Part shown: piece after piece, positions 1 to 8,833 of the stretch | How the letters are laid out: the number at the start of each line of letters is the position of its first letter | Position numbering within the stretch: position 1 is the first letter of the stretch | Source: Promethearchaeota archaeon | GTDB taxonomy: Archaea; Asgardarchaeota; Lokiarchaeia; Sigyniarchaeales; SOKP01 | Assembly: GCA_030606485.1 (NCBI GenBank) | Contig: JAUWGH010000002.1 | Coordinates: forward strand, 330,001-362,000 | Reading direction: 5' to 3' | Length of the DNA: 32,000 nt | Notes under the pieces: generated by a model | What the model saw: only the letters and a program-made list of their open reading frames with translations | The model's database searches: none | What the model was told of the DNA's origin: nothing | Position numbers and translations under genes: made by a program

Positions 1-359
1 ATTCCACCGGGTCCTAGTGTATCCCCAACAGTTTGAGACACTCCATATTTGAAGGGTATTTCAACATCTAATTTAAAGGCCTCAAGCCCACCTATATGTA
101 CTGTATTGATAATATACTTCGAATCCTGAATTGCTTTCTTCTGATTAGTAGTTTTTTCGAAAACAATTCCCTCTAGCTCTTGAGAATAATTATCCTTATA
201 TTTTTGCATGTAATTAAACATTAAATCTAAACGATGAGAATCTAAATCTTCAAGACAAATTATTGTATCCTTCTGAAGCGCAGGAAATGAAGCAATATCG
301 GTGAGTAAATTTTGCCCAAATACTAAAGAACCTGCACCAATAAATGCAATTTTTAACAT
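1..359 (-). CDS. GH4 family NAD+-dependent glycosidase, alpha-galactosidase (MelA)-like; N-terminal part only, runs off the window edge; not in the ORF track
   Basis: Manual translation from ATG at 359: MLKIAFIGAGSLVFGQNLLTDI...CLEDLDSHRL...VHIGGLEAFKLDVEYPFKYGVSQTVGDTLGPGG. It has the Rossmann IGAGS motif and the GH4 signature QTVGDTxGPGG. The frame stays open to base 1. Confidence 0.93.
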   Translation of the reverse strand, partial: MLKIAFIGAGSLVFGQNLLTDIASFPALQKDTIICLEDLDSHRLDLMFNYMQKYKDNYSQELEGIVFEKTTNQKKAIQDSKYIINTVHIGGLEAFKLDVEIPFKYGVSQTVGDTLGPGG

Positions 360-387
360 AATCAGTGGATTGAATTTTTTCTGATTC

Positions 388-1464
388 TTAATATTTTCCA
401 TATTTTAATGCTGCGGTCATAAAAGTCTTGACATTTTCAAGAGGAATTTTTTTAAAAATGACCGTGCTGGGACCTAATATGAAATGTCTGTTATCTTTAA
501 GCGCATCCATTAATTTTTTTACATGATTATCAACATGCTCTGGGGTGCCGTATGGAAAAACATCACTAACATCTCCAAAACCAATAACTACAAAATCGGG
601 AAAATGCTCATTTATATAGAAAGGATCGCAGCCACCTTCCCAGCCTTGTAATCCTCGAAATCCTGCCTTCTGAAGAGATGGAATCAATTCTGTTGGATCA
701 CCATCAGTATGAACTTGAGGGATCATTCCTGCGTCCGATATAATAGAATTAATTTCTTTATAATAATTTAAAAAATCCTGTTCCCAACGTTCAGATGAAA
801 TCATAGTTCGACCTTTGTATGCGACATCATCTAATATATTTAAGATCTTTCCTCTTCTACCAGTTGCCTCAATCAAACCTTCAATTTTTAGTTTCATTAT
901 TTCCGCATAAAATTTTATTAATTCTCTATAAAGCTTGGTTTTTTTCCGAAAATTACGGCTAAATATAGGCATCCCCATACTCTGCCAAACCCTATCAAAA
1001 ATCCCGTCAACCATTAATACCGGAAATATTAAAGGAGAAAACTTTTCATATTGTGAGATCACCTTTTTAATTTGCTTGCTTCTATCAACTTGTTTTAAAT
1101 TTGCCCGGAGTTTATCCAAAATCTCCATGGTATGTATGTACCCTCCTTGATAATAAGGAGAATCACTATGGAAAGCTTCTCCACTTGCCTTAATCCTAAA
1201 TTTATTGCCTTTACTATCTTTTATCTTAATTGAATTGATTTTAACACTTGAAGGAAATGACGCAAAAATTGCATCAAATCCTAAAACGAACGGAATATCA
1301 AAATATGGGATATTAAATAATTTTCCTTTATAATTTTCCAGTAACTCATCCTTATATTGGATAACAAACTCATCTCTAATGTATTGAACATGAGTAGGAA
1401 CGCGATCTATTTTTTTTCGTTCATCATCATTAAAAACAGCAAGATATCGTTCACAGGCATTCAT
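388..1464 (-). CDS. Uroporphyrinogen decarboxylase (URO-D)/MtaA-CmuA-like methyltransferase superfamily protein
   Basis: N-terminal ERY..A......DRVP; DDVAYK...MIS..RWEQ.F..YYK; HTDG; GG.DP; G.GDV..V..YGTPE.V...VKKL; FILGPS. These follow the pattern of the URO-D-like TIM barrel family. Confidence 0.85.
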   Translation of the reverse strand: MNACERYLAVFNDDERKKIDRVPTHVQYIRDEFVIQYKDELLENYKGKLFNIPYFDIPFVLGFDAIFASFPSSVKINSIKIKDSKGNKFRIKASGEAFHSDSPYYQGGYIHTMEILDKLRANLKQVDRSKQIKKVISQYEKFSPLIFPVLMVDGIFDRVWQSMGMPIFSRNFRKKTKLYRELIKFYAEIMKLKIEGLIEATGRRGKILNILDDVAYKGRTMISSERWEQDFLNYYKEINSIISDAGMIPQVHTDGDPTELIPSLQKAGFRGLQGWEGGCDPFYINEHFPDFVVIGFGDVSDVFPYGTPEHVDNHVKKLMDALKDNRHFILGPSTVIFKKIPLENVKTFMTAALKYGKY

Positions 1465-1780
1465 GATATATCCCCATTTTATAATTAATTCTCAATATGT
1501 ATTTCTGAATTATTAATAATAAAAAGGTGAGAGCAATTACTAAATATATTATTAATTTAATATCCTCTAAATTTGGAACTTATTTTAATATTATTTAATT
1601 CTAATATAGAAAATTGATAATTAAATATTAATTTAATAAGATAAATATCGTTTTTTTACAAATGTCAATTTAAGAAAAAGTAGATGTTAGAAGACTTTCC
1701 ACTTTAATAAAATAAAATAGAAATAAATAGAATTTAGTTTTATTTATTTTATTGAAAACATATTTAAGTGATTTCTAATA

Positions 1781-2851
1781 GTGAGTTTAGACTATACAAA
1801 AAAAAAGATGGCAAAGGATAGATTAAGATTTTTTATTTATGAAATTTCAATATCGTTAATTTTTATATTTTTACTTATGATTATCGTTTGGGGATTATTT
1901 ACTTTTATTGTAAATATAGATTCGATTTTTTTTGGGCCATTATTTTATTTAATAAGAGCTCTAATGACATTTTTCGCAATACCATTAGTTTTATTATTAT
2001 CTTATAAATTTTTATTGGGATCTGAAAGTAGAAATACAATTTTAGAACAAGATATTTCTCCTTCTATTGGGCATTTGAGACTTTATAAAATAACAAAAAA
2101 TAATTACAAATATCAGATAATAGATGGGATTTTGATTTTTTTTTTAGTCTTTTTACCAATAGATTTTCTTACATATATCTTAATTCCCGAAATAATTGAA
2201 TATCAAGCCTCCGCATTAAGTCTTTATGCACAAAATTCTTATTTATTATTGGATAACTATTTTCTATTTCTAATATCTGTAATTATTATTCAAATTTCTA
2301 TTTCAATCTCTGAAGAAACAATTTGTAGAGGTCTTCTTACTAAAAGAGGGAGTGAGCATTTTCACAAAATGTCGGCTGTTATAATCTCATCTTTATATTT
2401 TGGATTATGTTCTTTTACTTATTATTTTGAACCTTTTAGTAGATTTTATCCATTTTGGTTTCCTTTCATTTGGTTTTTAGAAGCATTCATAATAGGATTA
2501 ATTCTTTCCCTAATATTATTAAGGAAGAAATGGATATTGCCAGCGATTTTCGCACACTCATTAAATAATATAATTTCGATACATACAATTTGGAATTTCT
2601 TGCAAGGAAATGAATTTATTGTCGTATTTTTATATCTTTATCTTCCTTTATTAATTATCAGTTGCATTATATTCATCTGGCAACTTCCTAGAATTAAAAA
2701 AAGTGTGTCGTTAGGATTTAAAATTTTTAAAACTTATTTTAAAAATGATGATCTCGTCCCAGAATTTAATAATAATAAATTTTTTCGCATATTTATTGAT
2801 TTGCTTATCGCAATCCTAGTTTTTTTAATGAGCTTCTTGATTACAATATAA
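1781..2851 (+). CDS. CPBP (Abi/Rce1-like) intramembrane glutamic endopeptidase family protein with a degenerate motif 2
   Basis: Multiple TM helices. Motif 1 is EETICRG and motif 4 is IFAHSLNN, but the motif 2 FxxxH reads FGLCS. The start could be GTG 1781 or ATG 1808. Confidence 0.85.
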   Translation: MSLDYTKKKMAKDRLRFFIYEISISLIFIFLLMIIVWGLFTFIVNIDSIFFGPLFYLIRALMTFFAIPLVLLLSYKFLLGSESRNTILEQDISPSIGHLRLYKITKNNYKYQIIDGILIFFLVFLPIDFLTYILIPEIIEYQASALSLYAQNSYLLLDNYFLFLISVIIIQISISISEETICRGLLTKRGSEHFHKMSAVIISSLYFGLCSFTYYFEPFSRFYPFWFPFIWFLEAFIIGLILSLILLRKKWILPAIFAHSLNNIISIHTIWNFLQGNEFIVVFLYLYLPLLIISCIIFIWQLPRIKKSVSLGFKIFKTYFKNDDLVPEFNNNKFFRIFIDLLIAILVFLMSFLITI

Positions 2852-2998
2852 AAGAAGTTATGACTTATTGAAACTTGGGATTATTCTAAAGTTCTTAGAT
2901 TTTTATATTAAGATTATTAATCGAAAAATTCTAGAATTATAATAATAAAAATTAATTAATGAAAAATTATTTTTTTTAAAATACTGAAGGTATTTAGA

Positions 2999-3832
2999 AT
3001 GGATATTCAAGTATCAAAGTTACGAGAAGATTTTACTGATAAACACTATTTAATCACCACATCAGATAATATAATTTTGTTTTTAAGAGCATGGGAACCT
3101 CCTAAAAAATCTAACAAGGCAATTCTGATTCTACATGGTATAACAGCTTATAGTGGGCCGTATGAAATAATGGGTAAGAATTTATCAAAGTTGGACTACA
3201 CCGTATTTGGGTTAGATTTGAGAGGACATGGATTATCAGATGGAAAAAGAGGTGATTATCCAAGTAGAAAGAGATTAATTATGGATCTTACTGAGACAAT
3301 AGCTTTTTTAAAGCAGAAATTTTCAATACTTATCTTATTAGGTCATGGTTTGGGTGTTTTATCCGCCTTCATTGCTCTTAATTATTGTTTAGAAGATATT
3401 AATGGCCTAATACTTATGAGTGTTGGAACGGAGAGAAAACCTGGAGTATATACTCAATTATCAATTAAAGAAAAACTAAAAATTCAATTTAGTTCAATTT
3501 TTTCCCCAAGTAAGCCAGTTATATCATATAAACGCGATGGTATGATTGGTTTAGATGATCCACTATTCAATTTTAAGTATACACTTCGTTTTATGAAAAT
3601 ATTTAAAATATTTGATGCAAAAAGTCTAAAAACGACCGAGAAATTAAAGATTCCTATAATTCTTGGAGTTGGCGACCAAGATCAAATTTTTACTGTTGAA
3701 TCGGCTCAGAAATTATTAGATGAAATTCCCGGCGATAACAAAAAATTTTTTGTAATATCAGGTGGAACTCACACTGATTTTCCCGAAGAAGGGTTTGTAC
3801 CTCTTATAAATTGGCTAGAAGAAACTTTTTAA
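2999..3832 (+). CDS. Alpha/beta hydrolase, lysophospholipase/monoacylglycerol lipase-like; nucleophile Ser replaced by Gly
   Basis: ILHG, GLDLRGHGLSDGKRG, GHGLG (expected GHSLG), G..D..F for the acid residue, GGTH for the His. Confidence 0.9.
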   Translation: MDIQVSKLREDFTDKHYLITTSDNIILFLRAWEPPKKSNKAILILHGITAYSGPYEIMGKNLSKLDYTVFGLDLRGHGLSDGKRGDYPSRKRLIMDLTETIAFLKQKFSILILLGHGLGVLSAFIALNYCLEDINGLILMSVGTERKPGVYTQLSIKEKLKIQFSSIFSPSKPVISYKRDGMIGLDDPLFNFKYTLRFMKIFKIFDAKSLKTTEKLKIPIILGVGDQDQIFTVESAQKLLDEIPGDNKKFFVISGGTHTDFPEEGFVPLINWLEETF

Positions 3833-3865
3833 TAGTAAGAGCTAGAAAAAATTCAAACAATAATT

Positions 3866-5425
3866 TTATTTTTTATTTAGTTTTAGAACCATAACTGAAT
3901 GTGCAGGTAATTTAAACATCATTCTAGGTTTGATATTGTCAATTTCCTTTTTTTTTAGTTTAATTTTATTACGATTTTCTATTGTATTATAATCAAATGG
4001 AGATTGGCTGTTTAATTCAATAATATTTCCCTGCTCTTTAGGCACAAATCTATTTATTTCGAGTTCGACGGTTAAATCATTCGTAAAATGTTTATTAATT
4101 AACATTATCGAAAGTTTATCACCTTCATTGTTAATAGTGGCATTACATTCAATATAGGGAACATTATTTGTTTTCGGGATACATCCAAACTTATTAGAAT
4201 CAAATGTCTCACACTCAATGTCCAAACTAGTTATTAAATTATTATATGTATGATCAACAAAAAATTTAAATGCTAAATAAACTGGAGTCAAGATTAAACC
4301 AGCTGGATCTGTTTGAATAGTTCCTATACAATTAATAAGTTGGGCCCAATTAGCCATTGGGCATTTATCCGACATTTTCTGGAAGGTTAAAAGTATATCA
4401 CTAGTACAAAGCCCATCTTGAAGGTAATAATTTGTTTTTACTATCTGTCTCATTTTTTCCCAGACACCCCATTCATCAAAAGCTATACGTACATGGCTAT
4501 TTTTTCCTAAAATCGTTGTAATATCTTCCCATGTGTCATTTATAACTTTCTCAATTAATCGTGCTGCTGTCATCAGTGAATAATAAGATTCTTCTGTTGT
4601 TTTCCGTTTTTTCCCCACAATAGTAGATAATTTTAATGGTAATGGGACATATTTATGCACACTCAAATAGTCTACCCATTCTTCACCTATCCCTTCTAAA
4701 ACAGCTTGATTCCACGCCGATTTCACCCAACCGACAGCAACAAGTTTAATATTCGAATCTTTTTCCCTCATTGCTTTTGCAAACAAGAGGTATCTTTTTG
4801 CATAATTTTCTGGATGTCTTTCACGTCCTACTTCTTGACGCCCCCATATTTCATTAGCAATTCCCCAAAATTTAACATTATATGGTTTTTCTCTTCCATT
4901 TTTTGCTCTTAAAGCCCCATATTCTGTATTAATTGACCCATTGCAATATTCAACCCATTGGGCTGCTTCTTCAGGTGTGCCTGTCGAATAATTTATATTT
5001 AAGTATGGTTCAGCCCCAATAGCTTCGCAAAAATGACAAAATTCATCTGTTCCAAATTGATTTTCAATTTTAGGACCTAGTCCCTTATATAAACTTATAG
5101 GGAACCTTGCCCATTGCTTATTTTTTACTATTTTTCGAGATTCTCTTGGACCTATAGCGTCTTTCCAATGATATACATCACTATAGCAACCTCCAAATGC
5201 TCTAAGGACTGAAACTTTTAAATCTTTAACAGATTCTAATATATCTTTTCGTACTCCTACTAAAAATGGATTTCCCTCAACTAAAGGAACATTAACAGGA
5301 TCATATGTCCATAATCCATTATGAATACACTCACCTAAATGCTCAATGAAATTACTATATATCATGGGGTCTATATGTTTTTTATGCGAATCTACATTGA
5401 TACTAATCCTATTTCCATTTATCAT
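3866..5425 (-). CDS. abfA: GH51 alpha-L-arabinofuranosidase
   Basis: IDPMIYSNFIEHLG.CI..G.W, LRAFGGCYSD.YHWKD.IGP, NQFGTDEF, WGIANE (acid/base), AFDEW (nucleophile), MANWAQLIN. Confidence 0.93.
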   Translation of the reverse strand: MINGNRISINVDSHKKHIDPMIYSNFIEHLGECIHNGLWTYDPVNVPLVEGNPFLVGVRKDILESVKDLKVSVLRAFGGCYSDVYHWKDAIGPRESRKIVKNKQWARFPISLYKGLGPKIENQFGTDEFCHFCEAIGAEPYLNINYSTGTPEEAAQWVEYCNGSINTEYGALRAKNGREKPYNVKFWGIANEIWGRQEVGRERHPENYAKRYLLFAKAMREKDSNIKLVAVGWVKSAWNQAVLEGIGEEWVDYLSVHKYVPLPLKLSTIVGKKRKTTEESYYSLMTAARLIEKVINDTWEDITTILGKNSHVRIAFDEWGVWEKMRQIVKTNYYLQDGLCTSDILLTFQKMSDKCPMANWAQLINCIGTIQTDPAGLILTPVYLAFKFFVDHTYNNLITSLDIECETFDSNKFGCIPKTNNVPYIECNATINNEGDKLSIMLINKHFTNDLTVELEINRFVPKEQGNIIELNSQSPFDYNTIENRNKIKLKKKEIDNIKPRMMFKLPAHSVMVLKLNKK

Positions 5426-5446
5426 TACTAATCCTATAAAATAATT

Positions 5447-6052
5447 TTAATCTTTGTAAAATGAATTTTTTTCGATTAAAATTTTTAATTCGGCGAGTAA
5501 CCAGCAAATTTCTTCATACGTTGAGGAGGATTTATAAATCTCCTTGGTTTTTTTCTTAATTTCTGCTTCTGAAGCTTTAACTTTACCTTTTAAAATAATT
5601 AATTGTGTTTCAGCTAGTTCTCTACATAATTCATCATAAGTTTTTTTCTCTTGAGAAATGTTATGTGCTGCAACAGTTATTTCGGCTTCGAGATCTGGGT
5701 CTAACCCCGCATCAATAAGTTCCATTGTATCTTCTATTTCAATATATAACTCGGGTCGTTTTTTAATGGGAAGATTCTGCTTTATACCTTTTTTTAAAAT
5801 ATCCATCATTGCAAGGAAAGCGCCAAATTCCTTATTTTGATTTATTATTTGTATTTTAACGGTGTTTTTTCTTTTATCATTTAATATATTTGCCTTTTTT
5901 ATACCAAAATTCTTTTTCTTTTTAGTAGCTTTTAGTCCAACCCATAAGTATATTGTTTTTAAATCATCAATTAAATAAACTTTATTTTCAGCAAAATCAA
6001 CTTTGATAATTTTTCTTAAAGCTCCATTTTCACTTACACTATACAGTTGCAT
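5447..6052 (-). CDS. Asgard gelsolin-domain protein: one gelsolin/villin repeat plus a helical C-terminal domain (1DGelX-like architecture)
   Basis: DF..NKVYLIDD.KTIYLWVG.KAT...K..GIKKA..LND.R.....IQIINQNKEFGAF matches the gelsolin-repeat pattern. The C-terminal half has an internal repeat, TYDELCRELAE / TYEEICWLLAE. Confidence 0.8.
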   Translation of the reverse strand: MQLYSVSENGALRKIIKVDFAENKVYLIDDLKTIYLWVGLKATKKKKNFGIKKANILNDKRKNTVKIQIINQNKEFGAFLAMMDILKKGIKQNLPIKKRPELYIEIEDTMELIDAGLDPDLEAEITVAAHNISQEKKTYDELCRELAETQLIILKGKVKASEAEIKKKTKEIYKSSSTYEEICWLLAELKILIEKNSFYKD

Positions 6053-6177
6053 TGTATTTCTCTATTTAGTTTGTGATAATAATATAGTAAAACTAAATAA
6101 TTTAATATTATTAATATTAACTTTTCGGTTTTTTTATTAAGAGGGCTATAAATCTTTAACTTTGATTTGGTTGACTT

Positions 6178-7416
6178 TTATTTTTTATATTTTAGAATAA
6201 TTTGTTCAAATTCAGGTTCTGTGGCAAATTTCTTTTTTGAAATAATATCTCGGAGTTCCTGTTTGATATTATTAAGGTATTTTTCATATTCATCAAATTT
6301 TAATTCTTCACATTTAAACCTAATTGCATCTCCATGCAATGTTGTAGGACCAAAAATTAATTGTTCCCTTTGTCCTACAACTTTATCTTTATACGGTGTG
6401 AAACACATCCAAAATTTATCTTTTTTGATAGCACTCATTACATGTAGTTCACTTTCATGTAAGAAAGTATTTTCACCAACCACTGGTTTATTTGGTGGTA
6501 TTTTTATACCAGATTTTTCTTCAACAAGTTTAGAAAGTTCATAAAGTTTTGAGAGGTCAATTCCCGTGTCGATTCCATATAAGATTTTTAAAGAAACAAC
6601 AACTTCTTCCAGTGATGCATTACCAGCTCGGTCACCTAACTGATTCACGACAAGATCCATAAATTCTGCCCCTTGTTCGACTGCTGCAATAGAAGATGCT
6701 GTTGCAAGACCGAAGTCATCATGGATATGAATTCCTAATGGAATATCTCCACAAATTGGTTTAATTTCCTTAATCATATGGGAAATTGCACGAGGATGAC
6801 ATGCTCCCACTGTATCATATAAAAGGACCTTTTTTACTCCATGTTTTATACCCCTTCTAATTGCCTCTTTTAGGAAAGTTAAATCTGATCTTGTTGCATC
6901 CACACAATCCAATATAGCAGTTCCACCATATTTTCTGATTTTTCTTAAAGTTAAAGGGATAATATTTAACATAACTTGGGGTGAAACTCTACTATCTCCT
7001 GTAAATAATTCTAATAACCATGGAGTTAAAACAATTCCATAACCGATATAATCAACCTTGGCATCTAATGCTTTTTGTATTTCTTCATCCCATTTTATTG
7101 GATTGGAGCTAAGATGGCTATATGTTTTAATTTTTAATCCCAATTCTTTAATTTTATTAGCTAAATCCCATTGTTCTTGAACTCTTCCAATGTATCCAAC
7201 ATCAATGTCGCCAACTCCGACTTCCTCTAATTTTTCGACAATATCAATTTTATCATCTAATGTATAATAAACACCTGGTGTTTCTTCTCCTTCACGAATG
7301 GTACTATCACGGACATAAACTTTTTTAGGAAAATTAAAATCTTTTAAAACATTTTCACTAAAATTGAATGGAGAAATCCACCACTTATCAGTGAACCATC
7401 TATTATATTCTGACAT
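6178..7416 (-). CDS. DRE-TIM metalloenzyme (homocitrate/isopropylmalate/citramalate synthase-like) without a regulatory domain, paralog A
   Basis: DSTIREGEETPG, DTVG, HIHDDFGLA.A, GDRAGNASLEE, PPNKPVVGEN.F.HES.LH. Confidence 0.9.
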   Translation of the reverse strand: MSEYNRWFTDKWWISPFNFSENVLKDFNFPKKVYVRDSTIREGEETPGVYYTLDDKIDIVEKLEEVGVGDIDVGYIGRVQEQWDLANKIKELGLKIKTYSHLSSNPIKWDEEIQKALDAKVDYIGYGIVLTPWLLELFTGDSRVSPQVMLNIIPLTLRKIRKYGGTAILDCVDATRSDLTFLKEAIRRGIKHGVKKVLLYDTVGACHPRAISHMIKEIKPICGDIPLGIHIHDDFGLATASSIAAVEQGAEFMDLVVNQLGDRAGNASLEEVVVSLKILYGIDTGIDLSKLYELSKLVEEKSGIKIPPNKPVVGENTFLHESELHVMSAIKKDKFWMCFTPYKDKVVGQREQLIFGPTTLHGDAIRFKCEELKFDEYEKYLNNIKQELRDIISKKKFATEPEFEQIILKYKK

Positions 7417-7452
7417 ATTAAATCACTAAAGAATTCATATATTTTTTAAAAT

Positions 7453-7479
7453 TAGTATTTAATATAATAATTAATACTA
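7453..7479. promoter_or_regulatory. Candidate operator: inverted repeat TAGTATT-N13-AATACTA between the two divergent DRE-TIM genes
   Basis: Perfect 7-bp arms at 7453-7459 and 7473-7479 in the 117-bp divergent intergenic region. The AT-rich background makes a chance match plausible. Confidence 0.25.
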
Positions 7480-7533
7480 TCTAATGCTATAAATGTTTAA
7501 TATAGTCAAAAAATAAAATCCAAATGATTAATT

Positions 7534-8751
7534 ATGTGGGTAAATCCTTGGGCATATATGAGAATGGATAAAAACCAACGTTGGTGGAGTTTTGAATGGA
7601 ATTTTATTGACCGTGTTAGAAACCAGATGAATTTGCCACAAAAGGTAATAATTAAAGATGATACATTAAGAGAAGGGGAAGAGACTCCTGGAACATATTT
7701 TACAATAGACCAAAAAGTAGAAATTGCTAAAATTCTTGAAGAAATGGGAATCCCAGAAATTGAAGTAGGATATGCTGCTGGGATTAAAGAACATGCTGAA
7801 ACTTTTAAAGTATTAAAAAAAGAAGGGATAAAGATGAAATTGTCCTCCCATGCACGCCTATATGCAAAAGATGTTATTAAAGAAGTTGATGATATTATCG
7901 CTGCAGAAGCGGATATAATAAACTTTTTACTTGTACCTGATCCCGTATTAAAGAGTAAAAATGATGTTTTTAACAGAATCACTGAAGGTATTGAATATGC
8001 AAAATCACAATCTGCTTATGTAGCATTTGGATCAGGGCGTGTAGCTCCACGTTATTGGGATAAGTTTTGCAATCTTGCATTGGATGCTGGTGTTGATAGA
8101 ATAGTAGTTTATGATGGAAATGGATGTGCCCTTCCTACAGCTTTTAGAGACCAAGTAGCATTTACTAAGAATATTGTTAAAGAAACTCCAATAGAAGTCC
8201 ATTGTCATAATGACTTGGGCTTAGCTGTTGCAAACACACTTGCGGGAGTAGAAGGTGGTGCAGAAGTGGTTGATGTCGTGTTTAACGGTCTTGGGGATAG
8301 AGCGGGAAATGCAGCTACTGAAGAAGTAATTATGGGACTTGAAATTTTATATGGAATAAACTTAAACCTAAAGCTTGAGAAAATTAAGGAAATATCACAA
8401 CTAATTGAAAAATACAGTAGAACCAAATTACAGCCACATAAAGCTATTGTGGGAAAAAATTGTTATATTCATGAATCAGATTTACACGTAGAACAAATCT
8501 TAACGGGTAATTGGGTTACTTGGGAATTAATTCAACCACATGTTATAGGACAAACTCGAAAATTGATATTTGGTGCTACCACACTTCAATCTCGAGCAAT
8601 AAAAGCAAAATTGAGTAAAATGGGATTAAACCCAACTGATAAAGAAATTCAAACTCTACAAACCGAAATCAAAACCTTAATTAAGACCAAGGAATTTATT
8701 TCTGAAGAAGAATTTGAGAAATTAGCAAAAAAAATTGTAAAAACGGATTAA
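7534..8751 (+). CDS. DRE-TIM metalloenzyme (homocitrate/isopropylmalate/citramalate synthase-like) without a regulatory domain, paralog B
   Basis: DDTLREGEETPG, EVGY, HCHNDLGLAVAN, GLGDRAGNAATEE, PHKAIVGKN.Y.HES.LH. Confidence 0.9.
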   Translation: MWVNPWAYMRMDKNQRWWSFEWNFIDRVRNQMNLPQKVIIKDDTLREGEETPGTYFTIDQKVEIAKILEEMGIPEIEVGYAAGIKEHAETFKVLKKEGIKMKLSSHARLYAKDVIKEVDDIIAAEADIINFLLVPDPVLKSKNDVFNRITEGIEYAKSQSAYVAFGSGRVAPRYWDKFCNLALDAGVDRIVVYDGNGCALPTAFRDQVAFTKNIVKETPIEVHCHNDLGLAVANTLAGVEGGAEVVDVVFNGLGDRAGNAATEEVIMGLEILYGINLNLKLEKIKEISQLIEKYSRTKLQPHKAIVGKNCYIHESDLHVEQILTGNWVTWELIQPHVIGQTRKLIFGATTLQSRAIKAKLSKMGLNPTDKEIQTLQTEIKTLIKTKEFISEEEFEKLAKKIVKTD

Positions 8752-8833
8752 AAAATTTTCCTATCGTTCATTCGCCAGACAACATTATTCCACTAAATAA
8801 TATTATTTGATAATAAACTGAGATGATCTCTCT

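Noticed and set aside
935-1150. 71-aa + strand ORF
   Set aside because: Antisense shadow inside the URO-D-like gene, with no motifs.
4706-5840. Short + strand ORFs at 4706-4912 and 5658-5840
   Set aside because: Antisense shadows of the GH51 and gelsolin genes.
7453-7479. Assigning this inverted repeat as a NikR operator
   Set aside because: The half-site spacing is shorter than in characterised NikR operators, and the flanking genes have no evident nickel link.
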